In this document: positions 1 through 9,940 of the stretch, in pieces
Layout of the letters: the number at the start of each line of letters is the position of its first letter
Numbering within the stretch: the stretch's first letter is position 1
Source of the DNA: Bdellovibrionales bacterium
GTDB taxonomy: Bacteria > Bdellovibrionota > Bdellovibrionia > Bdellovibrionales > UBA1609
DNA: 64,000 nucleotides
Direction: 5' to 3'
Assembly (NCBI GenBank): GCA_965199825.1
Contig: OZ241329.1
Span: forward strand, 256,001-320,000
The notes under the pieces: model-generated
Told to the model about the DNA's origin: nothing
The model's input: the letters and a program-made list of their open reading frames with translations, nothing else
Databases searched by the model: none
Program-made: the position numbers and the translations under genes

Positions 1-512
1 TCCCGCACTGTCAATAGCCGTTCGCCTGCCATGACGGTTGGAGGAGTTAGCGTATCTGGCTCAGCCGGTCGAATATAAATTGGATAAAATTTAACCAACA
101 CATTGAGGGCTTGCCATAAGTTTTGAATTTGAACTCCATGAAGCCCGCTTAAAAGATTTTGCTTATTTGTGGCAAAATCAAGGATGCGCTCAGGGCCCTC
201 AATCAAAACTTTCTTTTGTTTTTTAAAATCGTCTTCAATTGCAGCAACGTATTTTTCAAAATAAGTGCGTCCGTAGCTACTCACCTCATGAGCGAAAAGC
301 TCATGACCGAATTTGCTTAAGAGCGCAGGATCCAACTTGTAAGTTTGATTAAAAATCTTTGAAGCTCCTCGATATTTCGGCTGTGGTGAAAGCAGCAAAT
401 CCCATAAAACTTTGGTGGACATATCGAGCTGAGCTGACGCTTCGATGGGTTGAGGCATCGAAGCCGACGCAGAAATACAAAAAAAACTAAAAGCCAGAAA
501 TAATTTGATCAT
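1..512 (-). CDS. Secreted hypothetical protein, 3' end truncated by window edge
   Basis: Manual translation from ATG at 512 gives MIKLFLAFSFFCISASASMPQPIEA..., open to position 1, with a signal-peptide-like N-terminus. Absent from the ORF track because it has no stop inside the window. Confidence 0.7.
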   Translation of the reverse strand, partial: MIKLFLAFSFFCISASASMPQPIEASAQLDMSTKVLWDLLLSPQPKYRGASKIFNQTYKLDPALLSKFGHELFAHEVSSYGRTYFEKYVAAIEDDFKKQKKVLIEGPERILDFATNKQNLLSGLHGVQIQNLWQALNVLVKFYPIYIRPAEPDTLTPPTVMAGERLLTVR

Positions 513-772
513 GGGTTGAGCTTGTAACCAGACTTTTTTAATAATTCAACGATTAGTAAGCAATCGCTTGGCAGCTTTGAAAAGATGATTTGCGGTGGTG
601 GTTCTCTGATAGCGTTTAACCCGCTGCTCGGTAGGCCTCGTGTGCGACTGACTTTTTGTGGATAGCTTCCTGGATTGGGAGGTTCGGCACAGGGAACAGC
701 TCAGCGAATAGTTAATTTAACCAAGTGGTTCCAATTTCTTTTCGGTGTAATTAAATGACTATTTCCAAAACT

Positions 773-1591
773 TTAGTGAACGATGGTATGGCGGGCACGA
801 TGGTGTCCCGCGCACAAGAGTGTGAGATTGGTGATGTCATGAGTGCCTCCCTCGGACCTCGGTTTTATATGATGAATATCCAAATGTCTTTTCTGCGGGC
901 AACGCTCCCCCTTTTTGTTGATATACGTGCACTGACCTTGGCAGTTGTGATGAACTTGCCTTTTTTTAATTGGCGACAAAGTGTCGGAATTTTTAGGCGG
1001 GCACGATTTTATAAGCGGATCCAATTCCTTATGAAGGTGATCGACCGCGGTGCTGCAAACATCATAGTTAGTGGCGGGTCGTTTTAGTTTTTGGCTTAAA
1101 AGATCTTTGGTGCGCTCAAAGGTTTTAAATTCTTCTTCTGTCAGTGTATAAGAAATTTCGATTCTCACAGTGTCGCCAGCTTTACAGTATCGTGCCCGCT
1201 CAGGAATCGCTTTGTCGGGCTGAGCTTTAGCGATCTGTTTTTCTAAATTTCGCTTTGGGCCTTGGGCGATTGGAATCCAAACATCGCAATTTTCCTTAGT
1301 GATCACACTACAGACGCGATTGCCCTTAGAAACAGAAATCTCGCCCGATGCGATCTGAGCCTTAAGCTCAGGCACTTCAATAAATTTCTTGGCGAGTTTA
1401 TTGTAGATGCTTGCGAGCTCTTCAGAAAGTTTGAGCTGTTGGGTCGAGTATTCAAAAAGAGAGCTGCAGCCATATTGATAAAATGTTTTGTTGCGCCAAA
1501 TTTCTTCAAGAGCGCTCAGCAATTCCATTTCGGCTTTGCGATGGTTGGCGGCAGCAGTAATGGCGTTTGAATGTCTGCGAGCGTGATCCAT
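773..1591 (-). CDS. HNH endonuclease with helical N-terminal domain (DUF222-like architecture)
   Basis: C-terminal CTY...RC...LDIHHIKPRSEGGTHDITNLTLLCAGHH is an HNH/zinc-binding motif. AGGAG RBS upstream of the ATG. Confidence 0.88.
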   Translation of the reverse strand: MDHARRHSNAITAAANHRKAEMELLSALEEIWRNKTFYQYGCSSLFEYSTQQLKLSEELASIYNKLAKKFIEVPELKAQIASGEISVSKGNRVCSVITKENCDVWIPIAQGPKRNLEKQIAKAQPDKAIPERARYCKAGDTVRIEISYTLTEEEFKTFERTKDLLSQKLKRPATNYDVCSTAVDHLHKELDPLIKSCPPKNSDTLSPIKKRQVHHNCQGQCTYINKKGERCPQKRHLDIHHIKPRSEGGTHDITNLTLLCAGHHRARHTIVH

Positions 1592-1823
1592 AAATATCTC
1601 CTATTTAGATAATGTAACACGAGTTTTCGAAAGGCTTTTTCATGTTGAGTACTGATGGCCATTAGTGCCGCTGTCGTGCATTCTTTTTTGGCTGAGAATC
1701 TTGTTGTAAGGAGCTTTTAATCTTAAAAAGACCATCACCATGGCTAATTGGCTTGATCGACATTTGAGTGGGCATAAAAAACCTGTCAAACAAATTTTAT
1801 TTTTTTCTTATTGTTTAGTTGAG

Positions 1824-2066
1824 GAGCGGGCACGACACCTTGAGCGGGCACGACACCTTGAGCGGGCACGACATTTTGAGCGGGCACGACCAACTTTGAG
1901 TGGGCACGACAACATTGAACGGGCACGACAACATTGAGCGGGCACGACACTTTGAGCGGGCACGACAACCTTGAGCGGGCACGACAACCTTAAGCGGGCA
2001 CGACAACCTTAAGCGGGCACGACACTTTGAGCGGCCACGACAACTCTAAGCGGGCACGACCAACTC
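1824..2066. repeat. Tandem array of 13 units: core (G/A)AGCGGGCACGAC plus a 5-7 nt variable A/C/T linker, period 18-20 bp
   Basis: Read directly. Single substitutions in units 5, 6 and 12. A degenerate extra copy TTGAGTGGGCAT lies at 1764-1775. Confidence 0.97.
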
Positions 2067-2133
2067 AAGAACAAAACTCAATCAAGCCAAACAACCTACC
2101 AGATAAAACCAAATATAAAGGCATAAAACATCG

Positions 2134-2961
2134 TTAGATAGGTGCAGGGTAAGAAGCCAGTATCCAGTCTTCCAATAAACCCGCACGCTCATACTGCAAA
2201 TATTTTTTGATTGTTTCTCGCATGCGCTGAGCTGGGCGATTCAAAAGGTGTAAGGTGCAATCATCAAGAAGAGCGTTATTTAAAATTTCAAGATTTAGGC
2301 TCATCCGAGTTTTAAAGATCCATTCCTGGGCGCTTAAGACCTCGACACCGTTTTTACCTAATCCCAGATACTGATCCTGATCCACCCGAATCAACCACTG
2401 CGATTTGTTTCTTAAAGGAGCTTGAATCAAAAATTGAAAAGCTTGAGGATGATTTATTTTAATCTGCGCAAAATCGATTTCAAAAAGTTCGGCCGCAAGA
2501 TGCGGCATAAGAAAAGCACCATCAAATAATTTTTGTTTAGGCTCATATATGCGGTTGTTGAGAATCATGGCCGCAACTTGAGCAAAAAAAGCTCCATCAA
2601 GAAGAACTTTTCCCTGCACCTTTTTGATATTTTTCAAATAAGACAATACGGGCCGACGAAAGTACAGCAACTGCACCCCACCAATTTTTTGAATTTCGGC
2701 ACTGCGATAGAAAAAAGCGTTGTGGTTATCTTCGCCATTCCACAATTCAAATTGAAATCCCAAGCTTTCAATCTTGCCTAAGGCGGTAGCTGGAAACATT
2801 TGCTCGGCCGATAAGTTAAAACCTAAGCACAGCAAAGCAAAGAGTGTCACCAGCTTCAAGTTTTTCAGATCGACCCCCTTCAACCGGGATCTCACCATTG
2901 TGTTTTGATTTTGCAAAGCTAAAAATGAATCAAACGCCGAATCGAACTCAACCTTTTGCAA
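2134..2961 (-). CDS. Hypothetical secreted protein (true start probably about 30 codons downstream)
   Basis: 275-aa ORF with an internal signal-like segment LKLVTLFALLCLGFNLSA. Directly downstream of the amine oxidase. Confidence 0.6.
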   Translation of the reverse strand: MQKVEFDSAFDSFLALQNQNTMVRSRLKGVDLKNLKLVTLFALLCLGFNLSAEQMFPATALGKIESLGFQFELWNGEDNHNAFFYRSAEIQKIGGVQLLYFRRPVLSYLKNIKKVQGKVLLDGAFFAQVAAMILNNRIYEPKQKLFDGAFLMPHLAAELFEIDFAQIKINHPQAFQFLIQAPLRNKSQWLIRVDQDQYLGLGKNGVEVLSAQEWIFKTRMSLNLEILNNALLDDCTLHLLNRPAQRMRETIKKYLQYERAGLLEDWILASYPAPI

Positions 2962-4351
2962 TCTCCCGCGCAGCTCTCAAACCCGACGCCGCAGCCGAAT
3001 TCATAAATCCTCCCGAATCAAGATCTGCGTGTTCACCCGCAAACAACAATCGACCATTCAATTCTGAAAGCGGCATCACATTTTGAAATCGTGTGACGTC
3101 CCCAATCCCATAGGCGAAGTAGGCCCCTTTACTCAGAGGTTGAGTTGCCCAATTCCAGGTGAGGGCATTGCCGTCAGGCTCAAGCCCAGAAAATATTTGT
3201 TTGTCGGCTCCCAAATACAGTGGCTGCTGCTCGGGTTTTAAAGCTAAGCCCGCCTTGCCGCCCACAAAATTTGTAAGCAAACCCGACTTCCCTTTTTGTG
3301 TCCTTCCGCTGTCGTAACAATTTTGGGATTGCAGATCACTGTAGACCATCCCATTTGATTTTTTGCCGCTCACCATCCACTCATGATTTTTGAAACCCAA
3401 AATCACTTTGCCTGAAGTGTTGTAGGTGCAATTTAATATACAATCTTTTTTGGTGGGTCTGAGATTGAGCTTTTTGATTCCCTCCACATATCTCAAGACC
3501 GAAAACGGCAACGTGCAAATCACCCGGTGAAAAGATTTTTGCTTTCCATTTTCAAACGAGAATTTGAGGTGAGTTGCGGTCTCTTCTATTTTGGAAACAT
3601 GATGATTCAAATAAATTGATTTTTTATTTAGAGCTTCACTGATTGCCTCAATTAATTTTGTTGAGCCGCCCCGAATACAATAGGCTTGGTCGCTCTCGCC
3701 ATAAATAGAAAATGGCTTTTCGGGATCGCTCCCAATACTTTGCAGCAGTGTCAGAGCTGACGCCTGATCGAGATCAATCCCCGCTTCGCTTGTCATTGCC
3801 ATAGCCAAAAATTGGATAAACCATTTTTCGGTCATTTCTGAAAATCCACTCAAGTATTTTTCTAACGGCAGACGATCAAACTTTTTTAAAATTGCCGGCT
3901 GATCCAAACTCAAAACATCTTTGCGAATTAATCCCGAAATCGATTTGTAAGCTTTTGCTGCATCTTGATCTGTGTAAGCCTGATGATTAAAAAAATAAAT
4001 ATTGGGCTCGAGCCCTTTTTGATGATCGGCGTATTTATCAAGTGGGATCTTAAAGTTCTCACACAGATGTCGAATTGCATGGTGATTGCTATCAACAAAT
4101 TCACCACCTAAGTCCACACACATTTTGTCGCTGTTGAAGTTGGGGACGGTCAAAATTCTTCCACCCAAGCGCGATGCCGCCTCATAGATCCCAACAGAAT
4201 AGCCTTTGCGGTGAAGCTCAAGTGCAGCGGTGAGACCCGCTATTCCTCCACCTAATATGGCGATGGGTTTTTGTGTAGCCGCTTCAAGATAGCGCAGCGA
4301 AATGGGAAGTAAGGCGGCCGATGTTAAAAATTGCCGACGGGTCAGTTTCAT
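2948..4351 (-). CDS. Tat-exported flavin monoamine oxidase family protein
   Basis: TRRQFL twin-arginine signal, GGGIAGL FAD motif, EAASRLGGR, C-terminal FAGEH...GFMNSA. Confidence 0.9.
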   Translation of the reverse strand: MKLTRRQFLTSAALLPISLRYLEAATQKPIAILGGGIAGLTAALELHRKGYSVGIYEAASRLGGRILTVPNFNSDKMCVDLGGEFVDSNHHAIRHLCENFKIPLDKYADHQKGLEPNIYFFNHQAYTDQDAAKAYKSISGLIRKDVLSLDQPAILKKFDRLPLEKYLSGFSEMTEKWFIQFLAMAMTSEAGIDLDQASALTLLQSIGSDPEKPFSIYGESDQAYCIRGGSTKLIEAISEALNKKSIYLNHHVSKIEETATHLKFSFENGKQKSFHRVICTLPFSVLRYVEGIKKLNLRPTKKDCILNCTYNTSGKVILGFKNHEWMVSGKKSNGMVYSDLQSQNCYDSGRTQKGKSGLLTNFVGGKAGLALKPEQQPLYLGADKQIFSGLEPDGNALTWNWATQPLSKGAYFAYGIGDVTRFQNVMPLSELNGRLLFAGEHADLDSGGFMNSAAASGLRAAREIAKG

Positions 4352-4388
4352 AACTTCAAAAGATACCAGCTCAATAAAAAAAGCTATT

Positions 4389-4946
4389 TTATTTTTTAGA
4401 CATCAATTGAGCCGCAAGCTGAATAAATTCTTCGGCATACTCTTCATCAAGACTGCCAATAATTTGGGTCGAAAGATTTAGAGCAATCGAGAGCACCCCA
4501 ACAAATTTACTTAAATCTTTGCGCCAACCTTGGATCTGCACCCCATCCTTGTGAAATTTGGCAAGCTCTTCGCGAAATTCTGAACTGACCAGGGCCTGGG
4601 TTAATATCACTCGCATCAATTTTTTATGCTTTTTAACAAAGTCGTAACGCGTACGAAGGTAGTGGGCCACTTCGTCGCCGATGTTTTCACCTTTATAGGC
4701 AAGGTGCTGTTGCGAGGTCTGCTCACGAAAGGAATTGAGCAAAGCAATTAACAATCCCATCTTGCCGCCAAAATATCTTTGGATCAGCGAGTCGTTCACA
4801 TCGGCCTTTAACGCAATTGCCCGAGTGGTTGCTCCCTCGTAGCCACATTTTGAGAAAATATCTAACGCGGCCTTTAACAAACGCTTTTCGCTATCTTCCT
4901 TGTCATATTTTTTACGGAGCTTCACATTTATCCCCTTTTGATTCAT
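4389..4946 (-). CDS. TetR/AcrR family transcriptional regulator
   Basis: AALDIFSKCGYEGATTRAIA...RYFGGK HTH. Divergent from the efflux operon. Confidence 0.92.
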   Translation of the reverse strand: MNQKGINVKLRKKYDKEDSEKRLLKAALDIFSKCGYEGATTRAIALKADVNDSLIQRYFGGKMGLLIALLNSFREQTSQQHLAYKGENIGDEVAHYLRTRYDFVKKHKKLMRVILTQALVSSEFREELAKFHKDGVQIQGWRKDLSKFVGVLSIALNLSTQIIGSLDEEYAEEFIQLAAQLMSKK

Positions 4947-4977
4947 CTTGTATCATTATCGGTCCACATTCAAATTT

Positions 4978-5043
4978 TTGTAAGCAAGCGCTTGATTTTC
5001 GATCTTTTGACGCCGACAATAGATTGTAAGCAATTGATTACAA
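4978..5043. promoter_or_regulatory. Two candidate TetR operators
   Basis: TTGTAAGCAATTGATTACAA (5024-5043, 9/10 palindromic) and TTGTAAGCAAGCGCTTGATT (4978-4997) share TTGTAAGCAA and lie in the tetR/tolC intergenic region. Confidence 0.6.
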
Positions 5044-5056
5044 ACCGGAGTTGATC

Positions 5057-6364
5057 ATGAGCGCATCTTTGATACTCGCATTCTTTTTAAGCTTTGCTTT
5101 CGCCAATGAAAGCCAACCGTTTTTGACATTGGATGAAGCCTTACAAGAGTCGCTTCACCAATCTCCGGATATTCAAAAATTAGAGGCTCATCGTTCGGCC
5201 GTCGCATGGAAACATTTTGAAGCATTGGGCACCGGATTTTTGCCCAAACTCTCCCTCGATGCTCATCACTTTTTTGATGAGAAATATTCGTACACCACGA
5301 TCAATTTTGGCGGCAGCCCCACTCCATTTGCCGGATTTTACCCCGCCAACGAAGCCACTCTTAAAGCAAGCATTCCGATCTTTGATGGTTTTAGCAGTAT
5401 GAAAATGCTTAGTGCATCGGCGCTCGAAAAAGAAGCCGCAACCGCGCAGCTCGATTTTGCCCAGTTTCAATTGCGTCAAGAAGTGCGCCTCGCATTTTTT
5501 AGAGCACTTGCCGCAAGCGAACTTCAAAATGTGGCCCAACAAAACGTCACCACACTCGAAGATCATTTAAAACAAGTCGACAATCAAAAAAAGGGTGGCG
5601 TGGCCACAAGCTATGATCTTTTACGAGTGCAAGTGCAGCTGAGTGAAGCACGTGCCGATGCCATCGATGCCGAAGACAACGTGATTATCGCCCGAAAAAA
5701 ATTGACTCAATTGATGGGTCAAGAGGTGGATCAAAGAAATCTGATGGGTCAACTTCCGGTTCCCGAAACCCAAAAAGTAAAAGACTTGAAATGGGAAGCC
5801 ACGGTTAAAGATCGAAAAGATTTGCAAGCGATGAACTATCAAGCCCAAGCCGCAGCCAAAGAACATGATGCGGCAAGTACTTGGCTCGTCCCATCGATTT
5901 ATCTTGGTGGCCAGTATGGATTTTATGAATCACAAATTGTTGATAGCTCTGTCCACAACACTGGCAATTATAAAAATGCCTATAATGTTGGTGTTTACAT
6001 GCGATGGAATTTGTTTGATGGCGGCGTGAGTCTCGCAAAAGCCAAAGAGGCAGCCTTTCGTCAAGTCGAGTCCGAACGCGCTGTGCAATCAGCTCAGCTC
6101 CAAGTTCCCACCGATTTTGAATATTGGAAGCGCCGATTTTTGAGTAATTCTGATCATTACACTTCTAAAAAATTCGATATCGACCGATCAAAGGAGAGTG
6201 TTCGACTTGCAAAAGAAGAACAACGCGCCGGAACAAGAACCAGCACCGAGACTCTCGATGCTGAACTTGATTTGTTTCGTGCACGAGCGGGAGTGGTCAA
6301 TGCCCTCCTGAATTCAGCCGAAGCAAAAATACGACTCGAACAAGCCTTAGGAAGGGAAATATAA
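5057..6364 (+). CDS. TolC family outer-membrane efflux protein
   Basis: Signal peptide, OEP repeats (IPIFDGF, WNLFDGG, AGTRTSTETLDA). First gene of a tripartite pump operon. Confidence 0.9.
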   Translation: MSASLILAFFLSFAFANESQPFLTLDEALQESLHQSPDIQKLEAHRSAVAWKHFEALGTGFLPKLSLDAHHFFDEKYSYTTINFGGSPTPFAGFYPANEATLKASIPIFDGFSSMKMLSASALEKEAATAQLDFAQFQLRQEVRLAFFRALAASELQNVAQQNVTTLEDHLKQVDNQKKGGVATSYDLLRVQVQLSEARADAIDAEDNVIIARKKLTQLMGQEVDQRNLMGQLPVPETQKVKDLKWEATVKDRKDLQAMNYQAQAAAKEHDAASTWLVPSIYLGGQYGFYESQIVDSSVHNTGNYKNAYNVGVYMRWNLFDGGVSLAKAKEAAFRQVESERAVQSAQLQVPTDFEYWKRRFLSNSDHYTSKKFDIDRSKESVRLAKEEQRAGTRTSTETLDAELDLFRARAGVVNALLNSAEAKIRLEQALGREI

Positions 6365-6365
6365 A

Positions 6366-7274
6366 GTGGCCACCATGAACGCAATTCCAACACCAAAAGA
6401 AGATCCAATCAGCCCACCAAAGTCGAACACTCGACGCAATCAACTTCTCACAGTAGTGGGACTGTTGCTGGTTGCTGGCGGATGTTATTTTGTTTACGAC
6501 GCCTACTTTTTTGTCTCCACCGACAATGCGATGGTGCAGGCCCAAACCACTTTGCTTTCAGCACGTGTGGGCGGCTTGATCGTCAAAGCCGAAGTTAAAG
6601 AAAATCAAAAAGTGAAAAAGGGCGATGTGCTGGTTGAAATCAAAGCCGAAGACTATCAAGCCATGGTTGATCTTTCTTCTTCTGATCATGGATCACTTGC
6701 CGATCAGGTACATGGTGCAGAAATCAACTATCGCCGAACACTTGATCTTTTGCATAAAGGGGCTTCAACCCAAGAGCGTCTTGATGCGGTCGAAACCCAA
6801 TACCGCAGTTTAAAAAATAAATTAAAAGCATCCGAAGCCCTAATGACCACGGCCTCTTTAAATTTAGGCTACACAAAAATCACCGCACCTGCAGATGGTG
6901 TGATTGGTAGAAAATCTTTTGAAGTGGGAATGCTCGCAAGTCCAGGTCAACCGCTCTTAGGTTTTGTTGAGGGCAATGAGCGCTGGGTTGTCGCAAATTT
7001 AAAAGAAACCGACATGGACCATATTGTTCCAGGAAATAAAGCTAAAGTCAGCGTTGACGCTATCTCTGGTCGAGAATTTGAGGGCGAAGTCGAAAGCATT
7101 AGCCCCACCACGGGCGCCACATTTTCGTTACTTCCTCCCGATAACGCCACGGGAAATTTCACAAAAGTTGTGCAACGAGTTCCTGTTCGCATTAAGCTTT
7201 TAAACTTAAGCGAAAAAGATATCGATCGTTTACAATCCGGCCTCTCAGCCGAAGTAAAGATTCGAGTTCACTAA
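6366..7274 (+). CDS. emrA: HlyD/EmrA family membrane fusion protein
   Basis: VSTDNA and LLPPDNATGNFTKVVQRVPVRI signature. Confidence 0.92.
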   Translation: MATMNAIPTPKEDPISPPKSNTRRNQLLTVVGLLLVAGGCYFVYDAYFFVSTDNAMVQAQTTLLSARVGGLIVKAEVKENQKVKKGDVLVEIKAEDYQAMVDLSSSDHGSLADQVHGAEINYRRTLDLLHKGASTQERLDAVETQYRSLKNKLKASEALMTTASLNLGYTKITAPADGVIGRKSFEVGMLASPGQPLLGFVEGNERWVVANLKETDMDHIVPGNKAKVSVDAISGREFEGEVESISPTTGATFSLLPPDNATGNFTKVVQRVPVRIKLLNLSEKDIDRLQSGLSAEVKIRVH

Positions 7275-7284
7275 AGGAACTTAA

Positions 7285-8838
7285 ATGAATGTACGCGTAG
7301 TTCTGATTGTCATCACAGCGGCGATTGCGTCGCTTCTTGAAATCATCGACTCCTCTATCGTTAACGTTGCCATTCCCACCATGATGGGAAATATCGGAGC
7401 AACCCTCGACGAAATCAGTTGGGTCACAACGGGCTACATGATCTCAAATTCCATCGTCTTACCCATTGCTGCTTGGCTCGGCACTCGACTGGGCCGCAGA
7501 AATTATTTTACCGGCGCCATTCTTCTTTTTACTTTGTCTTCACTCGCATGCGGACTCGCTCCGAACCTGACCCTCTTAGTTTTTTTTAGAATCATTCAAG
7601 GTATGGCGGGCGGCGCACTTCTCCCCACCTCCCAAACTTTAATTCAAGAGGCATTCCCTCCCGAAAAACGCGGGATCGCCATGGCCATTTTTGGTTTAAG
7701 CGTGATGGTTGGCCCAGCACTTGGGCCCACACTCGGCGGATATCTTACCGACAACTTTGGTTGGCGCTCGATTTTTAATGTGAATGTTCCATTGGGATTA
7801 TTGGCCGCGGGCTTAGCGTGGGCCAACGTTCACAATGTCAATTACGAACAAAAAGGTTCGAGCAAGGTCGATTGGACCGGCCTCTTTTTATTGTGTGTGG
7901 GCGTTGGATGTTTTCAATATATTCTTGAGCGTGGTGAGACCGAAGGTTGGTGGGATTCAAACATCATCAAAACGTGTAGCGTAGCTGCGGTATTTGGAAT
8001 CGTAGGATTTATTTATTGGGAACTCAAAATCCCTAATCCAATTATGAACCTTAGACTTTTTAAAAAAAATGTTTTGCGTGCAGGAACACTTTTGATGCTC
8101 GCACTGGGCGTGATGCTTTATGCGTTGACCTTTGCGGTCCCCGTTTTTGTGGCGCGTGTGATGCCTCAAATGAATGCCACCCAAACCGGTCTTTTATTTA
8201 TGCCCGGATCGATTGCAACAGCTCTATTTATGTTGCCTGTGGGAATGCTCACCCAAAAAGTAAATCTCAAAGTGTTAACCCTCTTTGGAATTTGTATGGG
8301 CGAAGCTTCGGTTTTATTTATGGCGCATTTTAACACCGACACTGGCGTTAATATGATTTTGTTTCCGCTGATTTTGCGCGGGATCGGCATGGCGTTTTTG
8401 TTTATCCCCATCAATCAAATGGTGTTGGGCGATTTTGACGGCGCAGAGCTTGGCCAAGTGTCAGGAATGCAAAACTTTTTTCGTCAAATGGGTGGAAGTA
8501 TAGGCATTGCCTCGCTCGACACTTTGCTCACCCGGTTTGGATCACAAAACTATAATGATTTAATGAGCCAAGTCTCGGCACTCAATCCCACCGCTTATAA
8601 TACCTTTGTCCAAAACGCGGCGATGTCGGGAACCAAAATGTCGAGCGCTGTGGGACTGTGGAGTCAAACCACAATGGCCACCAAAGCGCTTGCGGGCCGA
8701 GTGGGCCAGCAAGTTTTTGTGATGAGTTTTGATCAATTGTGCTGGGTGATTTTTGGAATCGTTGCACTCAGTCTAATTCCACTCGCCTTGATCAAACCCT
8801 CGCGTCGCGGCGGCGGACCCATCCTCGATGCGCATTGA
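7285..8838 (+). CDS. emrB: DHA2 family MFS efflux permease (EmrB/QacA)
   Basis: LEIIDSSIVNVAIP, GPALGPTLGGYLTDNFGWRSIF; about 14 TM segments. Confidence 0.93.
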   Translation: MNVRVVLIVITAAIASLLEIIDSSIVNVAIPTMMGNIGATLDEISWVTTGYMISNSIVLPIAAWLGTRLGRRNYFTGAILLFTLSSLACGLAPNLTLLVFFRIIQGMAGGALLPTSQTLIQEAFPPEKRGIAMAIFGLSVMVGPALGPTLGGYLTDNFGWRSIFNVNVPLGLLAAGLAWANVHNVNYEQKGSSKVDWTGLFLLCVGVGCFQYILERGETEGWWDSNIIKTCSVAAVFGIVGFIYWELKIPNPIMNLRLFKKNVLRAGTLLMLALGVMLYALTFAVPVFVARVMPQMNATQTGLLFMPGSIATALFMLPVGMLTQKVNLKVLTLFGICMGEASVLFMAHFNTDTGVNMILFPLILRGIGMAFLFIPINQMVLGDFDGAELGQVSGMQNFFRQMGGSIGIASLDTLLTRFGSQNYNDLMSQVSALNPTAYNTFVQNAAMSGTKMSSAVGLWSQTTMATKALAGRVGQQVFVMSFDQLCWVIFGIVALSLIPLALIKPSRRGGGPILDAH

Positions 8839-8938
8839 TCGTTAGATTTCACGTTTTTTCAACAACACACATACTGCAAACATTTATGAATCACTCATCT
8901 CTTATTTAAGGGATGAGCGTGGGCTTTAAATTTGCTAA

Positions 8939-9595
8939 GTGAATTCAAAGCCTATTCAAAATTTTTTGGAGTTGATGATGTTTTCTGTTGTCGCCCTTTT
9001 AGTTAGTGTTGGAATTGCCAATCAAGTTGCATTTGCCGATGTGAAAGCGTCAGTTGTGGAGCAAAAATTTGCGGCGGTCACCACCCAAAAAACTCCGACC
9101 GGTGACTACACTCTTGGTGATGTGAGGGTGTCGCAACGAGAACTCTCTCCGCGTCAGGTCACTTTTTACGTGGACCTCTTAGAATCGATTTTGAGAGAGC
9201 AAGTCAATAAAGAGAGCATCTTGCTCCTCGCTCCCCCAAACCAAAAAACCTCTTTAAGTTATAAAAAAGAAGATATTCATCTTGTTGCTGGCGTACGAAC
9301 ACAGCGTAAGATTCAATTCGAACCGGGTTCTTTCACGGCTCAAACGACCAAATCTGTACTTACCGGACCGTTTTATTTGCAGACGGCCACCAAGTATTGT
9401 CGTGTCTTCGAAGAACAGAATAAAAATTTTGGTACAACTTCGTTTATACCCACATTTTGGAAAGCATCCGGATCTACGCGGCTCATCGTTGAATGTATCA
9501 CTGACTCCACAAAAAGTGATCAAGGCATTGAAACCTACATTTTGGTTTTAAACTCGAAGACTCCTGATCTTAGCGAGACACCTTTTTATCCCTAA
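8939..9595 (+). CDS. Hypothetical secreted protein
   Basis: 218-aa ORF with a signal peptide ending ...QVAFA. No recognisable domain. Confidence 0.6.
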   Translation: MNSKPIQNFLELMMFSVVALLVSVGIANQVAFADVKASVVEQKFAAVTTQKTPTGDYTLGDVRVSQRELSPRQVTFYVDLLESILREQVNKESILLLAPPNQKTSLSYKKEDIHLVAGVRTQRKIQFEPGSFTAQTTKSVLTGPFYLQTATKYCRVFEEQNKNFGTTSFIPTFWKASGSTRLIVECITDSTKSDQGIETYILVLNSKTPDLSETPFYP

Positions 9596-9940
9596 CTTTT
9601 TGATTGATTGACCACAGCATTTTGTTGCGAATACCAATTGCCCGCAAATGAGATTTTTTGTCGAACTCTCACTCACACAATTTTCACTGTGTTCTTAAGC
9701 TCGGAGCGATTACTCAATCAAAAGCTAGACCATGACATGCCACAACTGAATAGCCTTTCATGGCAGCCGCTAGAGGAATGGGACAAGATCGGTCGTCAAA
9801 GCCAAGTAAGATCAGTTTCTTCCGATGTTGGTCTACTCGTCACACCACAATTTTTTTATTTCGCGATTAGACCTAAACAGAAAGTCCACACGGATTGCAA
9901 TTGCCGAATTCTTAAAGTCTTTACATCTAGCTTCAAAACC

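Noticed and set aside
1740..2006. ORFs with ERARH / VSCPLK / VVPAQ repeats
   Set aside because: They are by-products of the DNA repeat. Unit lengths of 19-20 bp break the frame, so they are unlikely to be coding.
1824..2066. CRISPR array interpretation
   Set aside because: The repeat is only 13 bp, the linkers are 5-7 nt and recurrent, and there are no cas genes in the window.
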